A stretch of DNA of 43,241 nt, taken from positions 12,036 to 55,276 of the forward strand of contig CAZKDQ010000004.1 of NCBI GenBank assembly GCA_964551345.1, read 5' to 3'. The notes below the pieces were generated by a model. It was not told the DNA's origin. It worked only from the letters and a program-made list of their open reading frames with translations, and made no database searches. Position 1 is the first letter of the stretch; every line of letters begins with the position of its first letter. This DNA comes from an uncultured Rhodothermales bacterium (lineage in GTDB: Bacteria; Bacteroidota; Rhodothermia; Rhodothermales; CAZKDQ01). This document shows, in pieces, positions 1 through 8,836 of the stretch. The position numbers and the translations under genes were made by a program.

Positions 1-510
1 ATCATCTTTGCGCAGTCGATTATGTTCGTCCCGGCGACCGTGGCGGCGTTCTTCCCCGACAGCGCCTTCATGCAGGAGTTCGGGCGCTGGTTTTCTGATA
101 TTTCCGGATGGGGATATTCGCTCGTCTTCTTTACGATTTGTGTGTTCTTCACCTACTTCTACACGGCCATTGCGGTCAATCCGAAGGAGATGGCGGACAC
201 GATGAAGCGCCAGGGCGGCTTTATTCCCGGTATTCGACCGGGCAAGCAGACGAGTGAGTTCATCGACAACATCCTCACGCGAATCACGCTGCCGGGATCG
301 ATCTTCCTCGGCTTCGTAGCGATCCTTCCTGCGTTCGCGATGCAGGCGGGCGTCTCCCAGGGCTTTGCGATGTTCTTTGGCGGCACGAGCCTCCTGATTC
401 TTGTGCAGGTCACGCTGGACACGTTGCAGCAGATCGAGAGCCACCTGCTCATGCGCCATTACGACGGCTTTATGAAGTCGGGCCGTATCCGCGGGCGACA
501 GGGTCTTTGA
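1..510 (+). CDS. secY: Preprotein translocase subunit SecY, C-terminal part (5' end lies outside the window)
   Basis: Frame 1 is open from the window edge (IIFAQSIMFVPATVAAFF...). The hydrophobic TM segments and the tail GGTSLLILVQVTLDTLQQIESHLLMRHYDGF are typical of the SecY C-terminus. It is followed by map, as at the end of the spc operon. Confidence 0.95.
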   Translation: MIFAQSIMFVPATVAAFFPDSAFMQEFGRWFSDISGWGYSLVFFTICVFFTYFYTAIAVNPKEMADTMKRQGGFIPGIRPGKQTSEFIDNILTRITLPGSIFLGFVAILPAFAMQAGVSQGFAMFFGGTSLLILVQVTLDTLQQIESHLLMRHYDGFMKSGRIRGRQGL

Positions 511-528
511 TCGTATAGCTTTGCCAAG

Positions 529-1344
529 ATGATTCACCTCAAGAGTGAAAGAGAAATAGAGCTGATGCGCACCAGTGCCGACCTCGTGGGTCGCGCGCTG
601 GCTGAGGTGGCGAAGGAAATTCGACCGGGTGTGACGACGGCACATCTCGACATGATCGCGGAGACATATCTGAGAGATAATGGTGGCCGACCTGCCTTCA
701 AAGGTTATCAAATCGGAAACCTGACACCGTTTCCCGGTACGCTATGCGTGTCGGTTGACGACGTCGTCGTTCATGGAATTCCGGGAGATTACGTTTTGCA
801 GGAAGGCGATCTGCTTTCGTTGGACTGCGGCGTCGAGCTCGATGGTTATTTCGGCGACTACGCCTACACGTTTGCTGTCGGAGAGATTTCGGAGGAGAAG
901 GCTGCGCTTTGCCGCGTCACGTATGAGTCGCTTGAGGCGGGAATTGCTCAGGCAGTAGTCGGCAAGCGTATCGGCGATATTTCTTACGCCGTTCAGACGT
1001 ATTGCGAGGACCGCGGTTATGGTGTCGTGCGGGACCTCGTAGGGCACGGCATCGGCAAGAAACTGCATGAGGATCCTCAAGTACCCAACGTCGGGCGCCG
1101 GGGAGTAGGGCGAAAGCTGAAGGACGGGCTCACGATCTGCATCGAGCCGATGATCAACGCCGGAACCGGTGACATCTCGGTGGATGAGGATGGCTGGACG
1201 GTGCGAACCGCCGATGGTCGACCGTCAGCGCATTACGAGCATATGGTCGTCGTGCGACGCGGCCAGCCGGAGGTCCTGAGCACGTTCAAATACATCGAAG
1301 AAGTGATCGGTGCACCTTACGAGATCGGTGTGGCGGATGATTGA
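529..1344 (+). CDS. map: Type I methionine aminopeptidase
   Basis: 271 aa with MetAP metal-ligand blocks (VVHGIPG, LLSLDCGVELDGYFGD, GHGIGKKLHEDP, TICIEPMI, HYEH). Canonical position after secY. Confidence 0.95.
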   Translation: MIHLKSEREIELMRTSADLVGRALAEVAKEIRPGVTTAHLDMIAETYLRDNGGRPAFKGYQIGNLTPFPGTLCVSVDDVVVHGIPGDYVLQEGDLLSLDCGVELDGYFGDYAYTFAVGEISEEKAALCRVTYESLEAGIAQAVVGKRIGDISYAVQTYCEDRGYGVVRDLVGHGIGKKLHEDPQVPNVGRRGVGRKLKDGLTICIEPMINAGTGDISVDEDGWTVRTADGRPSAHYEHMVVVRRGQPEVLSTFKYIEEVIGAPYEIGVADD

Positions 1345-1517
1345 GGCGGTGGCGCAGGATGAGCGGCGAGGCGACTGGACGGGACGGCAGTGGGATGAAG
1401 GGCTTCTCGTGTCTACACGAAAAGTTTACGAACATATAGATATTAAGCCGGTTACCCATCTGCTCCGCAACAGAGCGATTCGGAGTAATCGGGAACATCG
1501 CACGCAGAGGTAACGCA

Positions 1518-1634
1518 ATGAAAGTACGCGCGAGTGTAAAGAAGCGGAGTGCCGACGACAAGATCGTCCGACGCAAGGGCCGCATATACGTCATCAACAA
1601 GAAAAACCCGAAGCACAAGCAGCGGCAGGGATGA
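1518..1634 (+). CDS. rpmJ: 50S ribosomal protein L36
   Basis: Too short for the ORF track. ATG at 1518, TGA at 1632-1634. The 38-aa product [38 protein letters not shown] matches the L36 pattern. AGAGG lies about 8 nt upstream, and the gene sits directly before rpsM. Confidence 0.9.
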   Translation: MKVRASVKKRSADDKIVRRKGRIYVINKKNPKHKQRQG

Positions 1635-1684
1635 GCCGGTCATTGACCGCATTCCATCCGCCAGCAAAAAGCCAATAGCAAAGT

Positions 1685-2065
1685 ATGCCACGAATCGCTG
1701 GAGTTGACGTATCGAACGAGAAACGTGCCGACGTAGCGCTGACGTCGATCTTCGGCATCGGCCGCTCGCGTGCGCAGCAAATTCTCGACAGTGCCGGCCT
1801 TGACTACGAGACGCATCCGTCCGAATGGACGGACGAGCAGACTCGTCAGGTGCGGCGGATCATTGAAGATGACTATCAGGTGGAGGGTCAGCTTCGCACG
1901 GAAGTTCAGATGAACATCAAGCGCCTGATGGATATCGGGAGCTATCGTGGTCTTCGCCACCGGCGCGGGCTTCCGGTTCGCGGCCAGCGCACGCAAACGA
2001 ACGCCCGTACGCGCAAGGGCCGGCGCAAGACTGTTGCCGGCAAGAAAAAGGCGCCGAGGAAGTAA
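1685..2065 (+). CDS. rpsM: 30S ribosomal protein S13
   Basis: 126 aa: MPRIAGVD...[28 protein letters not shown] with a basic tail. Conserved operon position. Confidence 0.97.
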   Translation: MPRIAGVDVSNEKRADVALTSIFGIGRSRAQQILDSAGLDYETHPSEWTDEQTRQVRRIIEDDYQVEGQLRTEVQMNIKRLMDIGSYRGLRHRRGLPVRGQRTQTNARTRKGRRKTVAGKKKAPRK

Positions 2066-2158
2066 TCATTCGGCCATTAGCTTCAGCTTCAGCCATGGGC
2101 CGTCCGTGGCGGGTGGCCTGTTGCTGAGAGCCTTTGGCTAATAGCTTAACCATCAATT

Positions 2159-2569
2159 ATGGCAAAGAGACAGAGAGCAACGGGACGCGCAGGCCGCTCG
2201 GTCCGCAAAAAGAACGTCATCGTCGAGTCGAATGGCCAGGCCTTCGTTCGCGCGACGTTCAACAACGTCATCGTGACGATGACGGACCAGTATGGCAACA
2301 CGATCTCGTGGGCCAGCTCGGGAAAAATGGGTTTCAAAGGAAGCCGCAAGAACACGCCGTATGCCGCTCAGGTGGCAGGTTCGGCGGCGGCGAAGGAAGC
2401 CTACGACCTGGGTCTGCGCCGCGTAGATGTGTACGTGAAAGGTCCGGGATCGGGTCGTGAATCCGCGATCCGCGCGCTCTCAGCTTCAGGGCTGGAGATC
2501 GCTACCATCCGGGACGTCACTCCCATCCCACACAACGGCTGCCGGCCACCGAAAAGGCGTCGCGTCTGA
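2159..2569 (+). CDS. rpsK: 30S ribosomal protein S11
   Basis: 136 aa with S11 blocks ([66 protein letters not shown]). Confidence 0.97.
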   Translation: MAKRQRATGRAGRSVRKKNVIVESNGQAFVRATFNNVIVTMTDQYGNTISWASSGKMGFKGSRKNTPYAAQVAGSAAAKEAYDLGLRRVDVYVKGPGSGRESAIRALSASGLEIATIRDVTPIPHNGCRPPKRRRV

Positions 2570-2742
2570 TCTAGGCCGCGACGAATGTCGGCAGAGAGCG
2601 AAGAGTTATCTCAGCGCCTCCGCCCGGCTTCGACGAGCCTCGATCGAGCATCGCACTTGGTGATAAGTCCGGTTACGGAAGCGACTAGGGCGTTTCCGTA
2701 CGTTTGTTTTATCAGCACAAACGAGACAAGAGGAAAGATTCT

Positions 2743-3345
2743 ATGGCCCGTTACAGAGGCCCGAAGCAGAAGATTGCACGTCGGTTCAAAGAGCCGATTT
2801 TTGGCCCCAGCAAATCGCTGGAGCGCAAGCCTTACCCGCCCGGGCAGCATGGTCGCTCGCGGCGCAGCAAAGAGAGCGAGTACGCAGTACAGCTCAAAGA
2901 GAAGCAGAAGGCAAAATACACGTACGGCCTGCTCGAACGCCAATTCCGAAATCTGTTCGTGAAGGCGTCCCGCAAGCGTGGTGTTACCGGTGAGATCCTC
3001 CTCAAATTTCTTGAGGCGCGTCTCGACAATACCGTCTACCGTCTTGGCTTCGCCCGCACACGTCGGCAGGCACGGCAGCTCGTTAACCACGGGCACATCC
3101 TGGTGAACGACGTGCTGGTCGACGTTCCGTCTTACCAGCTGCGCGCTGGTGATGTGGTTGCAGTTCGGCCGAAGAGTCGGAAGCTGGAGGTCGTGACGGA
3201 ATCTGCGCAGCGCAGCCGCCGCTCGTATCCGTGGCTTGAGGTCGATCGCAATGCATTGCAGGGCAAGTTTCTGGACCTGCCGAACCGCGAAGACATCCCG
3301 GAAAACATCCGAGAGCAGCTCATCGTCGAGCTTTACTCGAAGTAA
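2743..3345 (+). CDS. rpsD: 30S ribosomal protein S4
   Basis: The ORF-track start 2704 is a TTG. ATG at 2743 gives the canonical S4 N-terminus [15 protein letters not shown]. The S4 RNA-binding domain follows ([30 protein letters not shown]). Confidence 0.95.
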   Translation: MARYRGPKQKIARRFKEPIFGPSKSLERKPYPPGQHGRSRRSKESEYAVQLKEKQKAKYTYGLLERQFRNLFVKASRKRGVTGEILLKFLEARLDNTVYRLGFARTRRQARQLVNHGHILVNDVLVDVPSYQLRAGDVVAVRPKSRKLEVVTESAQRSRRSYPWLEVDRNALQGKFLDLPNREDIPENIREQLIVELYSK

Positions 3346-3428
3346 CGGCCGTACGGCGGGGCAGGCATCATGCCGCTCGCGCCGCTTGGACAGGGGCGCA
3401 TTGACATTAAAAGGACTCTCGAATTGAT

Positions 3429-4406
3429 ATGAGCATTCACGCACTTCAGATGCCGGATGGCGTACAGGTTGAAGAGGCATCAGACGATTATGGACGCTTC
3501 GTCATTCAGCCTCTCGAGCGGGGATTCGGCGTAACTATCGGTAATGCACTGCGTCGCGTTCTGCTCTCTTCCCTGCAGGGAACAGCCATCACGGCCATTA
3601 AGATCGACGGCGTACAGCACGAGTTTTCGACGATCACCGGGGTGACCGAGGACGTCTCCGACATCATCCTCAACCTCAAAGGCGTTCGCTTCCGCGCCAA
3701 TGAAAACGCCGGCGAACTGATCCACCTGCACCTTACCGGCCCGGGTAACTGGACCGCAAGAGACATCGCGGATGCGACGAGCGAGTTCGACGTTCGCAAC
3801 CCCGACATGCACATCGCTACGTTGGGCGAGGACGCCGATCTCCACGTGGAGCTCCGCATGGGCGATGGTCGCGGCTACGTTCCGGCCGATGAGAACAAGC
3901 AGGCCGACGACCCGATCGGAGTGATCGCGATCGACTCGATCTTCACGCCGATCAAGAACGTTCGCTACCAGGTCAAGCCGACCCGCGTCGGTCAGAAAAT
4001 CGATTTCGAGCGTCTGACGCTGGAGATCACGACGGACGGCTCCATCACTGCCGAGGACGCACTCACCGAAGCGGCGGCCATCCTGCGCGACCACGTCAAC
4101 CTGTTCATCGCGATGGACGGCGAGCCGCAGCCCGTTGAGGAGGAGAAGGAGGTTGATGCAGAGGTTCAGCGTATCCGTGAGCTGCTTGCGCAGCCGGTAG
4201 ATGAGCTCGACCTCTCGGTGCGCGCGCACAACTGCCTGAAGGCAGCCAACATCAAAAACATCGGCGAACTCGTTCGGCGCGAGGAGTCGGAGATGTTGAA
4301 GTTCCGCAACTTCGGCCGCAAGTCGCTCCTCGAGCTCGTGCAGGTCCTTGAAGAGCGGGGCCTCGGCTTCGGAATGGACGTCGAAAAGTATACGCAGGAA
4401 GCCTGA
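3429..4406 (+). CDS. rpoA: DNA-directed RNA polymerase subunit alpha
   Basis: 325 aa: GRFVIQPLERGFGVTIGNALRRVLLSSLQG near the N-terminus and a C-terminal domain with LDLSVRAHNCLKAANIKNIGELV. Confidence 0.97.
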   Translation: MSIHALQMPDGVQVEEASDDYGRFVIQPLERGFGVTIGNALRRVLLSSLQGTAITAIKIDGVQHEFSTITGVTEDVSDIILNLKGVRFRANENAGELIHLHLTGPGNWTARDIADATSEFDVRNPDMHIATLGEDADLHVELRMGDGRGYVPADENKQADDPIGVIAIDSIFTPIKNVRYQVKPTRVGQKIDFERLTLEITTDGSITAEDALTEAAAILRDHVNLFIAMDGEPQPVEEEKEVDAEVQRIRELLAQPVDELDLSVRAHNCLKAANIKNIGELVRREESEMLKFRNFGRKSLLELVQVLEERGLGFGMDVEKYTQEA

Positions 4407-4460
4407 TCGCACGCGAATAGAACCCCCGGACTACCGGTGGTCAATCGGATCTGACGCATT

Positions 4461-5105
4461 ATGAGACATCAGAATAAAGGATTTAAGCTCGGGCGCACGA
4501 GTGCCCACCGCGAGGCTACGCTGGCCGCACTGTCGTCTGCGCTGATCGAGCGCAAGCGCATTCGCACCACGGTGACGAAGGCGAAGGCACTCCGGATGTA
4601 CGTCGAGCCGCTCATCACGCGGTCGAAGGATGACACGACGCACAACCGCAGGGAGGTCTTCCGTCACCTTCAGAACAAACGCGCGGTCACGGAGCTCTTT
4701 GCTGAGGTAGCCACGAAAATCGGCGACCGGCCGGGTGGATATACCCGCGTCGTGAAACTCGGCGCTCGTCCGGGTGATGCCGCTGAGATGGCGATCATTG
4801 AACTCGTCGACTACAACGAGTCTGCTCAGGATGAGACGTCCAGCGGACGCTCCCGTCGTACGCGCCGCGGTGGTCGCCGTGGAAGACGAGGCGGTCAGTC
4901 GCAGCAGGCGGCAGCAACGACGTCCAACGTGGAAGGCGAAAGCGTGGATACGGACGAAGCGACGGCCACCGTTGAGGAGCCCGTGACAGAAGAGGCTACG
5001 TCTCGGGATTCCGAACAAACGGAACCGCAGGCTGAAACCAAGGACGCAGCGAAAGAGAATGCGGACGAGTCTGCAGAAGACTCCGACGAAGGCAAGGAAA
5101 AATAA
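4461..5105 (+). CDS. rplQ: 50S ribosomal protein L17 with a long low-complexity C-terminal extension
   Basis: The N-terminal ~120 aa is a typical L17 ([19 protein letters not shown]...[25 protein letters not shown]). About 95 further residues are RGG-rich and then strongly acidic. Confidence 0.93.
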   Translation: MRHQNKGFKLGRTSAHREATLAALSSALIERKRIRTTVTKAKALRMYVEPLITRSKDDTTHNRREVFRHLQNKRAVTELFAEVATKIGDRPGGYTRVVKLGARPGDAAEMAIIELVDYNESAQDETSSGRSRRTRRGGRRGRRGGQSQQAAATTSNVEGESVDTDEATATVEEPVTEEATSRDSEQTEPQAETKDAAKENADESAEDSDEGKEK

Positions 5106-5126
5106 TCCGACCTTACAATTCCTGGG

Positions 5127-5166
5127 AGAGGCGCTTCTGCAATGCGGGGGCGCCTCTTTCTGTTTG
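5127..5166 (+). terminator. Rho-independent terminator after rplQ
   Basis: Perfect 8-bp GC-rich stem AGAGGCGC (5127-5134) / GCGCCTCT (5150-5157), followed by TTTCTGTTT. Confidence 0.75.
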
Positions 5167-5237
5167 TAGTATGCGCAGTGAACGGAAAGGCACGCCGACG
5201 GTTTGATAGGTTGAACTGTCTATTACGGTCCGACTGT

Positions 5238-7484
5238 ATGCTAAAGGCTTCTGCCGTCTTACGTAGTTCCGACGTCAACATCCCGCAGGAGTACGTCGAG
5301 CGTCTCGAGCACCTGCTCGAGATCTGCCGAGAGACGCTTCCTTCGGTTGATGAGGACATGATCCGCCGTGCGTTCAAGATCGGATACTGGGCGCACCGGA
5401 ACGATGTGCGAGCCTCGGGAGAGCCGTACATCAACCACCCGTTGGAAGTCGCTGAGATCGTAGCGCGCGAAATTGGATTTGATGATGTAAGTGTCGCCGC
5501 GGCGCTTCTGCACGACGTGGTCGAAGACACCGAGTTCTCGCTCTCATTCATCCGAGAGGAGTTCGGGGAGACAATGGCGTCGATCATCGACGGCCTCACC
5601 AAGATCAGCGACGTGTTTGCGAGCCGCGAGCTCGGCCAGGCCGAGAACGTGCGAAAGCTGATGCTGTCGATGGCGTCAGACATCCGCATCATCCTGGTCA
5701 AGTTTGCCGATCGTCTACATAACATGCGGACAATCGACTCGCTTCCGAAACAGAAGCAGCTTAAGATCGCCAACGAGACTCAGGATCTCTTCGCGCCGCT
5801 AGCGCATCGATTCGGGTTCTTCAACATCAAAAGCGATCTTGAAGACCTGTATCTCAAGGTCGTCGATCCGGAAGTCTATCACGACATCGAAGTTGGGCTG
5901 CAGGTCGGTCGCGCGGACCGCGAAGACTACATCAAACGCTTTATCGAGCCGGTTAAGGAGCGGCTGCGCGCTGACGGTTTCGAGTTCGATATCAACGGCC
6001 GCGTTAAGAATGCCTTCTCGATTTACCGGAAGATGAAGCGGCAGGATAAGTCGCTATCGGAGATCTATGACGTTTTCGCCATCCGGATCGTACTTGAAAG
6101 CGAAGGTAAAAAAGGCAAGGAAGACTGCTGGCGCGTCTATTCCATAATCACGGATCTCTACAAGCCGCTGCCTGAGCGATTTCGTGATTTCATTTCCGTT
6201 CCGAAATCCAACGGATACCAGAGTCTGCACACGACGGTGCTCGGGCCGCAAGGGCGCCGCGTCGAGGTGCAGATCCGGACGCAGGAGATGCATGAGATCG
6301 CCGAGCGAGGCGTTGCCGCTCACTGGAAGTACAAGGAGGGCGTCACGGATGAGGATCGGCAGATGGATCAGTTCCTTTCCTGGGTGCGCGATCTGCTCGA
6401 GAACCCGCGCCCGGAACTGGCGACGGAGTTTGTCAAGGAATTCCGCCTGAACCTCTACGACGAGGAGATCTACGTCTTCACGCCCCGCGGAGACCTGATG
6501 ACACTGCCAAGCGGCGCCACGCCGGTCGACTTCGCGTTCCAGGTGCACACCGAAGTTGGAATGCACTGCATCGGGGCGAAGGTCAACGGCAAAATGGTGC
6601 CCCTGTCGAGCCGACTCAAGAGCGGTGACCAGGTCGAGGTCATCACCTCGAAGAAGCAGACGCCGAATCCCGACTGGATGAAGTTCGTCGTCACGCACAA
6701 GGCCAGAAGCCGGATACGTCACTGGATCAACGAGAAACGGCGCAAGGCAGTTGATCTTGGGCGCGAGATCTGGGAGAAGAAGATGGCGCGTGCGGGCCTC
6801 GAGCTGGATGAGCAAGACCTGAATCGATTCGCATCGAGACTGAAATTCCCGAATCCGCAACAGATGTTCTATGAGATCGGCGTCGGCCTCTTCGATGCCA
6901 ACGATTTCGTTGAACATGTTCGGGAAGGCTCCCAGACCGCAGGTCAGGAAGATGGCGAGGCGCCGGATGATGGCGACACCCTGCGGCTGCAGTACGAGAA
7001 CTTCCTCGACTCGGCGCAGGCAACGAGCCAACCTGCGCTGTTAATCGATGGCGAACTGCACACGGACATCGTCACGCAGTATGCCTCCTGCTGCAATCCC
7101 ATCCCCGGTGACGACGTGTTCGGCTACGTGAGCCGCAGTGGAGCGATAAGGATCCATCGCGTCAACTGTCGGAACGCGCCGAACCTGCTGATCAACCATC
7201 CTGATCGCGTCGTACCGGTTGAGTGGAGCAGGCAGAAGGACGTCCACTTCCTGACGGCGCTGCGCGTGATGGGGGAAGATCGCGTCGGTATCGTGAGCGA
7301 CATCACCACAGTTATCTCGCGGAATCTGAAAACGAACATCCGGTCGATCACCGTCGATTCCGAGGACGGTATTTTCGAAGGAACGCTTGTAATCTACGTG
7401 AGCGATTTGCAGCACCTTCGCCGGGTCATCGATCGGCTCAAGCGTGTCGAAGGCATCCACGGCGTCTATCGGTTCGAAGAATAA
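5238..7484 (+). CDS. rel: Bifunctional (p)ppGpp synthetase/hydrolase, RelA/SpoT homologue
   Basis: HD hydrolase motifs are present (YINHPLEVAEIV, LLHDVVEDT), then a synthetase domain (YRKMKRQDKSL.EIYDVFAIRIV, GYQSLHTTV, VEVQIRTQEMHEIAE), a TGS domain (IYVFTPRGDLMTLPSGATPVDFAF) and a C-terminal ACT-like domain. Start placed at ATG 5238, because the ORF-track start 5142 lies inside the rplQ terminator. Confidence 0.93.
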   Translation: MLKASAVLRSSDVNIPQEYVERLEHLLEICRETLPSVDEDMIRRAFKIGYWAHRNDVRASGEPYINHPLEVAEIVAREIGFDDVSVAAALLHDVVEDTEFSLSFIREEFGETMASIIDGLTKISDVFASRELGQAENVRKLMLSMASDIRIILVKFADRLHNMRTIDSLPKQKQLKIANETQDLFAPLAHRFGFFNIKSDLEDLYLKVVDPEVYHDIEVGLQVGRADREDYIKRFIEPVKERLRADGFEFDINGRVKNAFSIYRKMKRQDKSLSEIYDVFAIRIVLESEGKKGKEDCWRVYSIITDLYKPLPERFRDFISVPKSNGYQSLHTTVLGPQGRRVEVQIRTQEMHEIAERGVAAHWKYKEGVTDEDRQMDQFLSWVRDLLENPRPELATEFVKEFRLNLYDEEIYVFTPRGDLMTLPSGATPVDFAFQVHTEVGMHCIGAKVNGKMVPLSSRLKSGDQVEVITSKKQTPNPDWMKFVVTHKARSRIRHWINEKRRKAVDLGREIWEKKMARAGLELDEQDLNRFASRLKFPNPQQMFYEIGVGLFDANDFVEHVREGSQTAGQEDGEAPDDGDTLRLQYENFLDSAQATSQPALLIDGELHTDIVTQYASCCNPIPGDDVFGYVSRSGAIRIHRVNCRNAPNLLINHPDRVVPVEWSRQKDVHFLTALRVMGEDRVGIVSDITTVISRNLKTNIRSITVDSEDGIFEGTLVIYVSDLQHLRRVIDRLKRVEGIHGVYRFEE

Positions 7485-7487
7485 AAC

Positions 7488-7518
7488 GCAGGAATTATGA
7501 ATAAATCCTGCTTTCTAT
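7488..7518 (+). terminator. Possible weak intrinsic terminator after the rel gene
   Basis: 6-bp stem GCAGGA (7488-7493) / TCCTGC (7506-7511) with a 12-nt AT-rich loop, followed by TTTCTATT. Confidence 0.4.
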
Positions 7519-7667
7519 TCGTAGAACCACATGGAATTAGAATATTTAGCTCCCGTATCTCTATTTTGATTGAGAGGGGAGAGATCGGCTTCAAGCCAGA
7601 CGTCGTCCAGCCGATCTTCGTGACGTGACACAGGATCGAGGCCGCTACCCACCAGTATCAGTACATC

Positions 7668-8069
7668 ATGCAGAAGAGACCTACTACGCTTACCAAGAAG
7701 GACGTCGCACGACGCGTCGCCGAGTTGATGGATGAACCCATTTACCGCAGCGAACCATGGGTGAACGCCGTCATCGACGCGATCGGCGAATTGATGCTGG
7801 AGGCGGATCCGGAGGTGCGAATCGAGTTGCGCGATTTCGGCGTCTTCGAGGTAAAGAAAACTAAAGCCAAGCCTAAGGCGCGCAACCCGAAGACAAACGA
7901 GACCGTCTTCATCCCAAGCCGCCGAAAAACGCATTTCAAGCCAAGCAAGCGGCTCAAAGAGGTTCTGCAGACGCCGCTGGCCGAACTCGATTACACAGTG
8001 CCGACCGGCAGTGCCGACGAGCCGGGTGAGGTAGAGCTCACGCTAACGGCAAGTCCAGCCGAGAGCTGA
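7668..8069 (+). CDS. HU/IHF-family DNA-binding protein with a C-terminal extension
   Basis: 133 aa. LTKKDVARRVAE...VIDAIGELMLE...IELRDFGVFEVKKTKAKPKARNPKTNETVFIPSRRKTHFKPSKRLKE matches the HU/IHF fold, including the beta-arm with RNPKT. About 35 extra acidic residues follow at the C-terminus. Confidence 0.85.
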   Translation: MQKRPTTLTKKDVARRVAELMDEPIYRSEPWVNAVIDAIGELMLEADPEVRIELRDFGVFEVKKTKAKPKARNPKTNETVFIPSRRKTHFKPSKRLKEVLQTPLAELDYTVPTGSADEPGEVELTLTASPAES

Positions 8070-8094
8070 AGATCAACGACATGATGCGCCGATT

Positions 8095-8130
8095 GCGGGT
8101 CCGGGCACTACTTCCCGTGACCCGCTTTTA
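8095..8130 (+). terminator. Strong hairpin plus T-tract between the IHF-like gene and ruvX
   Basis: GCGGGTC (8095-8101) pairs with GACCCGC (8119-8125). An inner CGGG/CCCG pairing adds to the stem. TTTTA follows at 8126-8130, and the ruvX ATG is at 8133. Confidence 0.6.
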
Positions 8131-8132
8131 GT

Positions 8133-8549
8133 ATGGACCAACAGCGGCGAATTGCGGGGGTGGATTACGGCACCAAGCGCATCGGCATCGCGCTTGCGGA
8201 TCCGCTCCGAATCTTCGCGCGTCCGTACGGCACGTTCGATCCCAATCATGCTGTTGATGAGCTCCGGCGCATCCACCGTGACGAAGGCCTCGAGACGATT
8301 GTGGTAGGCTGGCCGCTGCTGGCCGATGGTTCTGAAGGCAGGATGACGGCGCGCGTACAGGAGTTTGTGAATCGATTGCGCAACGCGTTGCCGGGCATAG
8401 AGATTGTTGTGTGGGATGAGCGGTATACTTCGCAGATGGCAGCTAATTTGATGAGCGAGGCATATCCGACGAAGCGGCTGCGAAAGGATCAGGGAGATCT
8501 TGATGCCGCCGCGGCCGCGGTAATCCTGCAGGATTACCTGGAGCGTTAA
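8133..8549 (+). CDS. ruvX: Holliday junction resolvase-like protein RuvX/YqgF
   Basis: 138 aa: RIAGVDYGTKRIGIALAD near the N-terminus, later VVGWPLLADGSEG and ERYTSQMA, characteristic of the YqgF family. Confidence 0.9.
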   Translation: MDQQRRIAGVDYGTKRIGIALADPLRIFARPYGTFDPNHAVDELRRIHRDEGLETIVVGWPLLADGSEGRMTARVQEFVNRLRNALPGIEIVVWDERYTSQMAANLMSEAYPTKRLRKDQGDLDAAAAAVILQDYLER

Positions 8550-8622
8550 CAGGCCGTTGATTTATCGATCGTCTCTGCGTTGCGCTTCAATTCGGCTCCC
8601 TGCGGCGTACGCCAGTACGCCT

Positions 8623-8712
8623 CAGTCGCCGAATTTAGCTTGCTTCGCTCGTCAGTCGCCTTCGGCTCGTGGCGCGCGCCTTGATCTGATCGATTTGTTT
8701 CACACAGTCGCC
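8623..8712. repeat. Three direct copies of the octamer CAGTCGCC in the ruvX-def gap
   Basis: CAGTCGCC occurs at 8623-8630, 8653-8660 (exactly 30 nt later; both are preceded by T) and 8705-8712. A 7-bp hairpin GGCGTAC-GCCA-GTACGCC lies at 8604-8621, just upstream. Confidence 0.5.
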
Positions 8713-8836
8713 GCTGCGCGGCTCGTGTCTCAACAGCCTGCGCAAAGGTCAGTTGTTCAACAGTCTCTTAAGGCACAAATCGGCCGGTACGATCGTTTAT
8801 CGGTTCAAAGGCGGCAACGAGCACTAATAAACTCTG

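Noticed and set aside
1310-1513. 67-aa ORF in the map-rpmJ spacer, considered as a possible divergent infA.
   Set aside because: The translation (MHLTRSVWRMIEAVAQDERRGDW...) has none of the IF-1 S1-fold motifs, and it overlaps the 3' end of map.
2611-3480. 289-aa minus-strand ORF antisense to rpsD.
   Set aside because: It fully overlaps a highly conserved ribosomal protein gene. The translation is Arg/Ala/Leu/Pro-rich with no recognisable motifs. Long antisense ORFs are expected in GC-rich DNA.
3480-4412. 310-aa minus-strand ORF antisense to rpoA.
   Set aside because: Same reasoning: it mirrors the rpoA frame, has low-complexity Arg/Leu/Asp/Val composition, and has no independent start context.
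5142-5237. Upstream extension of the RelA/SpoT ORF, starting at 5142.
   Set aside because: That start lies inside the rplQ terminator hairpin, and the added 32 residues are not part of the conserved HD domain. ATG 5238 is preferred.
4895-7031. Minus-strand ORFs 4895-5773 (292 aa) and 6054-7031 (325 aa), antisense to rplQ and the RelA/SpoT homologue.
   Set aside because: They overlap well-supported genes and the rplQ terminator. The translations are Ser/Arg-rich and not protein-like.
7519-7667. AT-richer stretch upstream of the IHF-like gene, inspected for a Bacteroidota-type TAnnTTTG -7 promoter element (TCTATTTTGATT).
   Set aside because: The sequence is one base off the consensus (TATTTTGA). 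I cannot verify promoter rules for this lineage from sequence alone.
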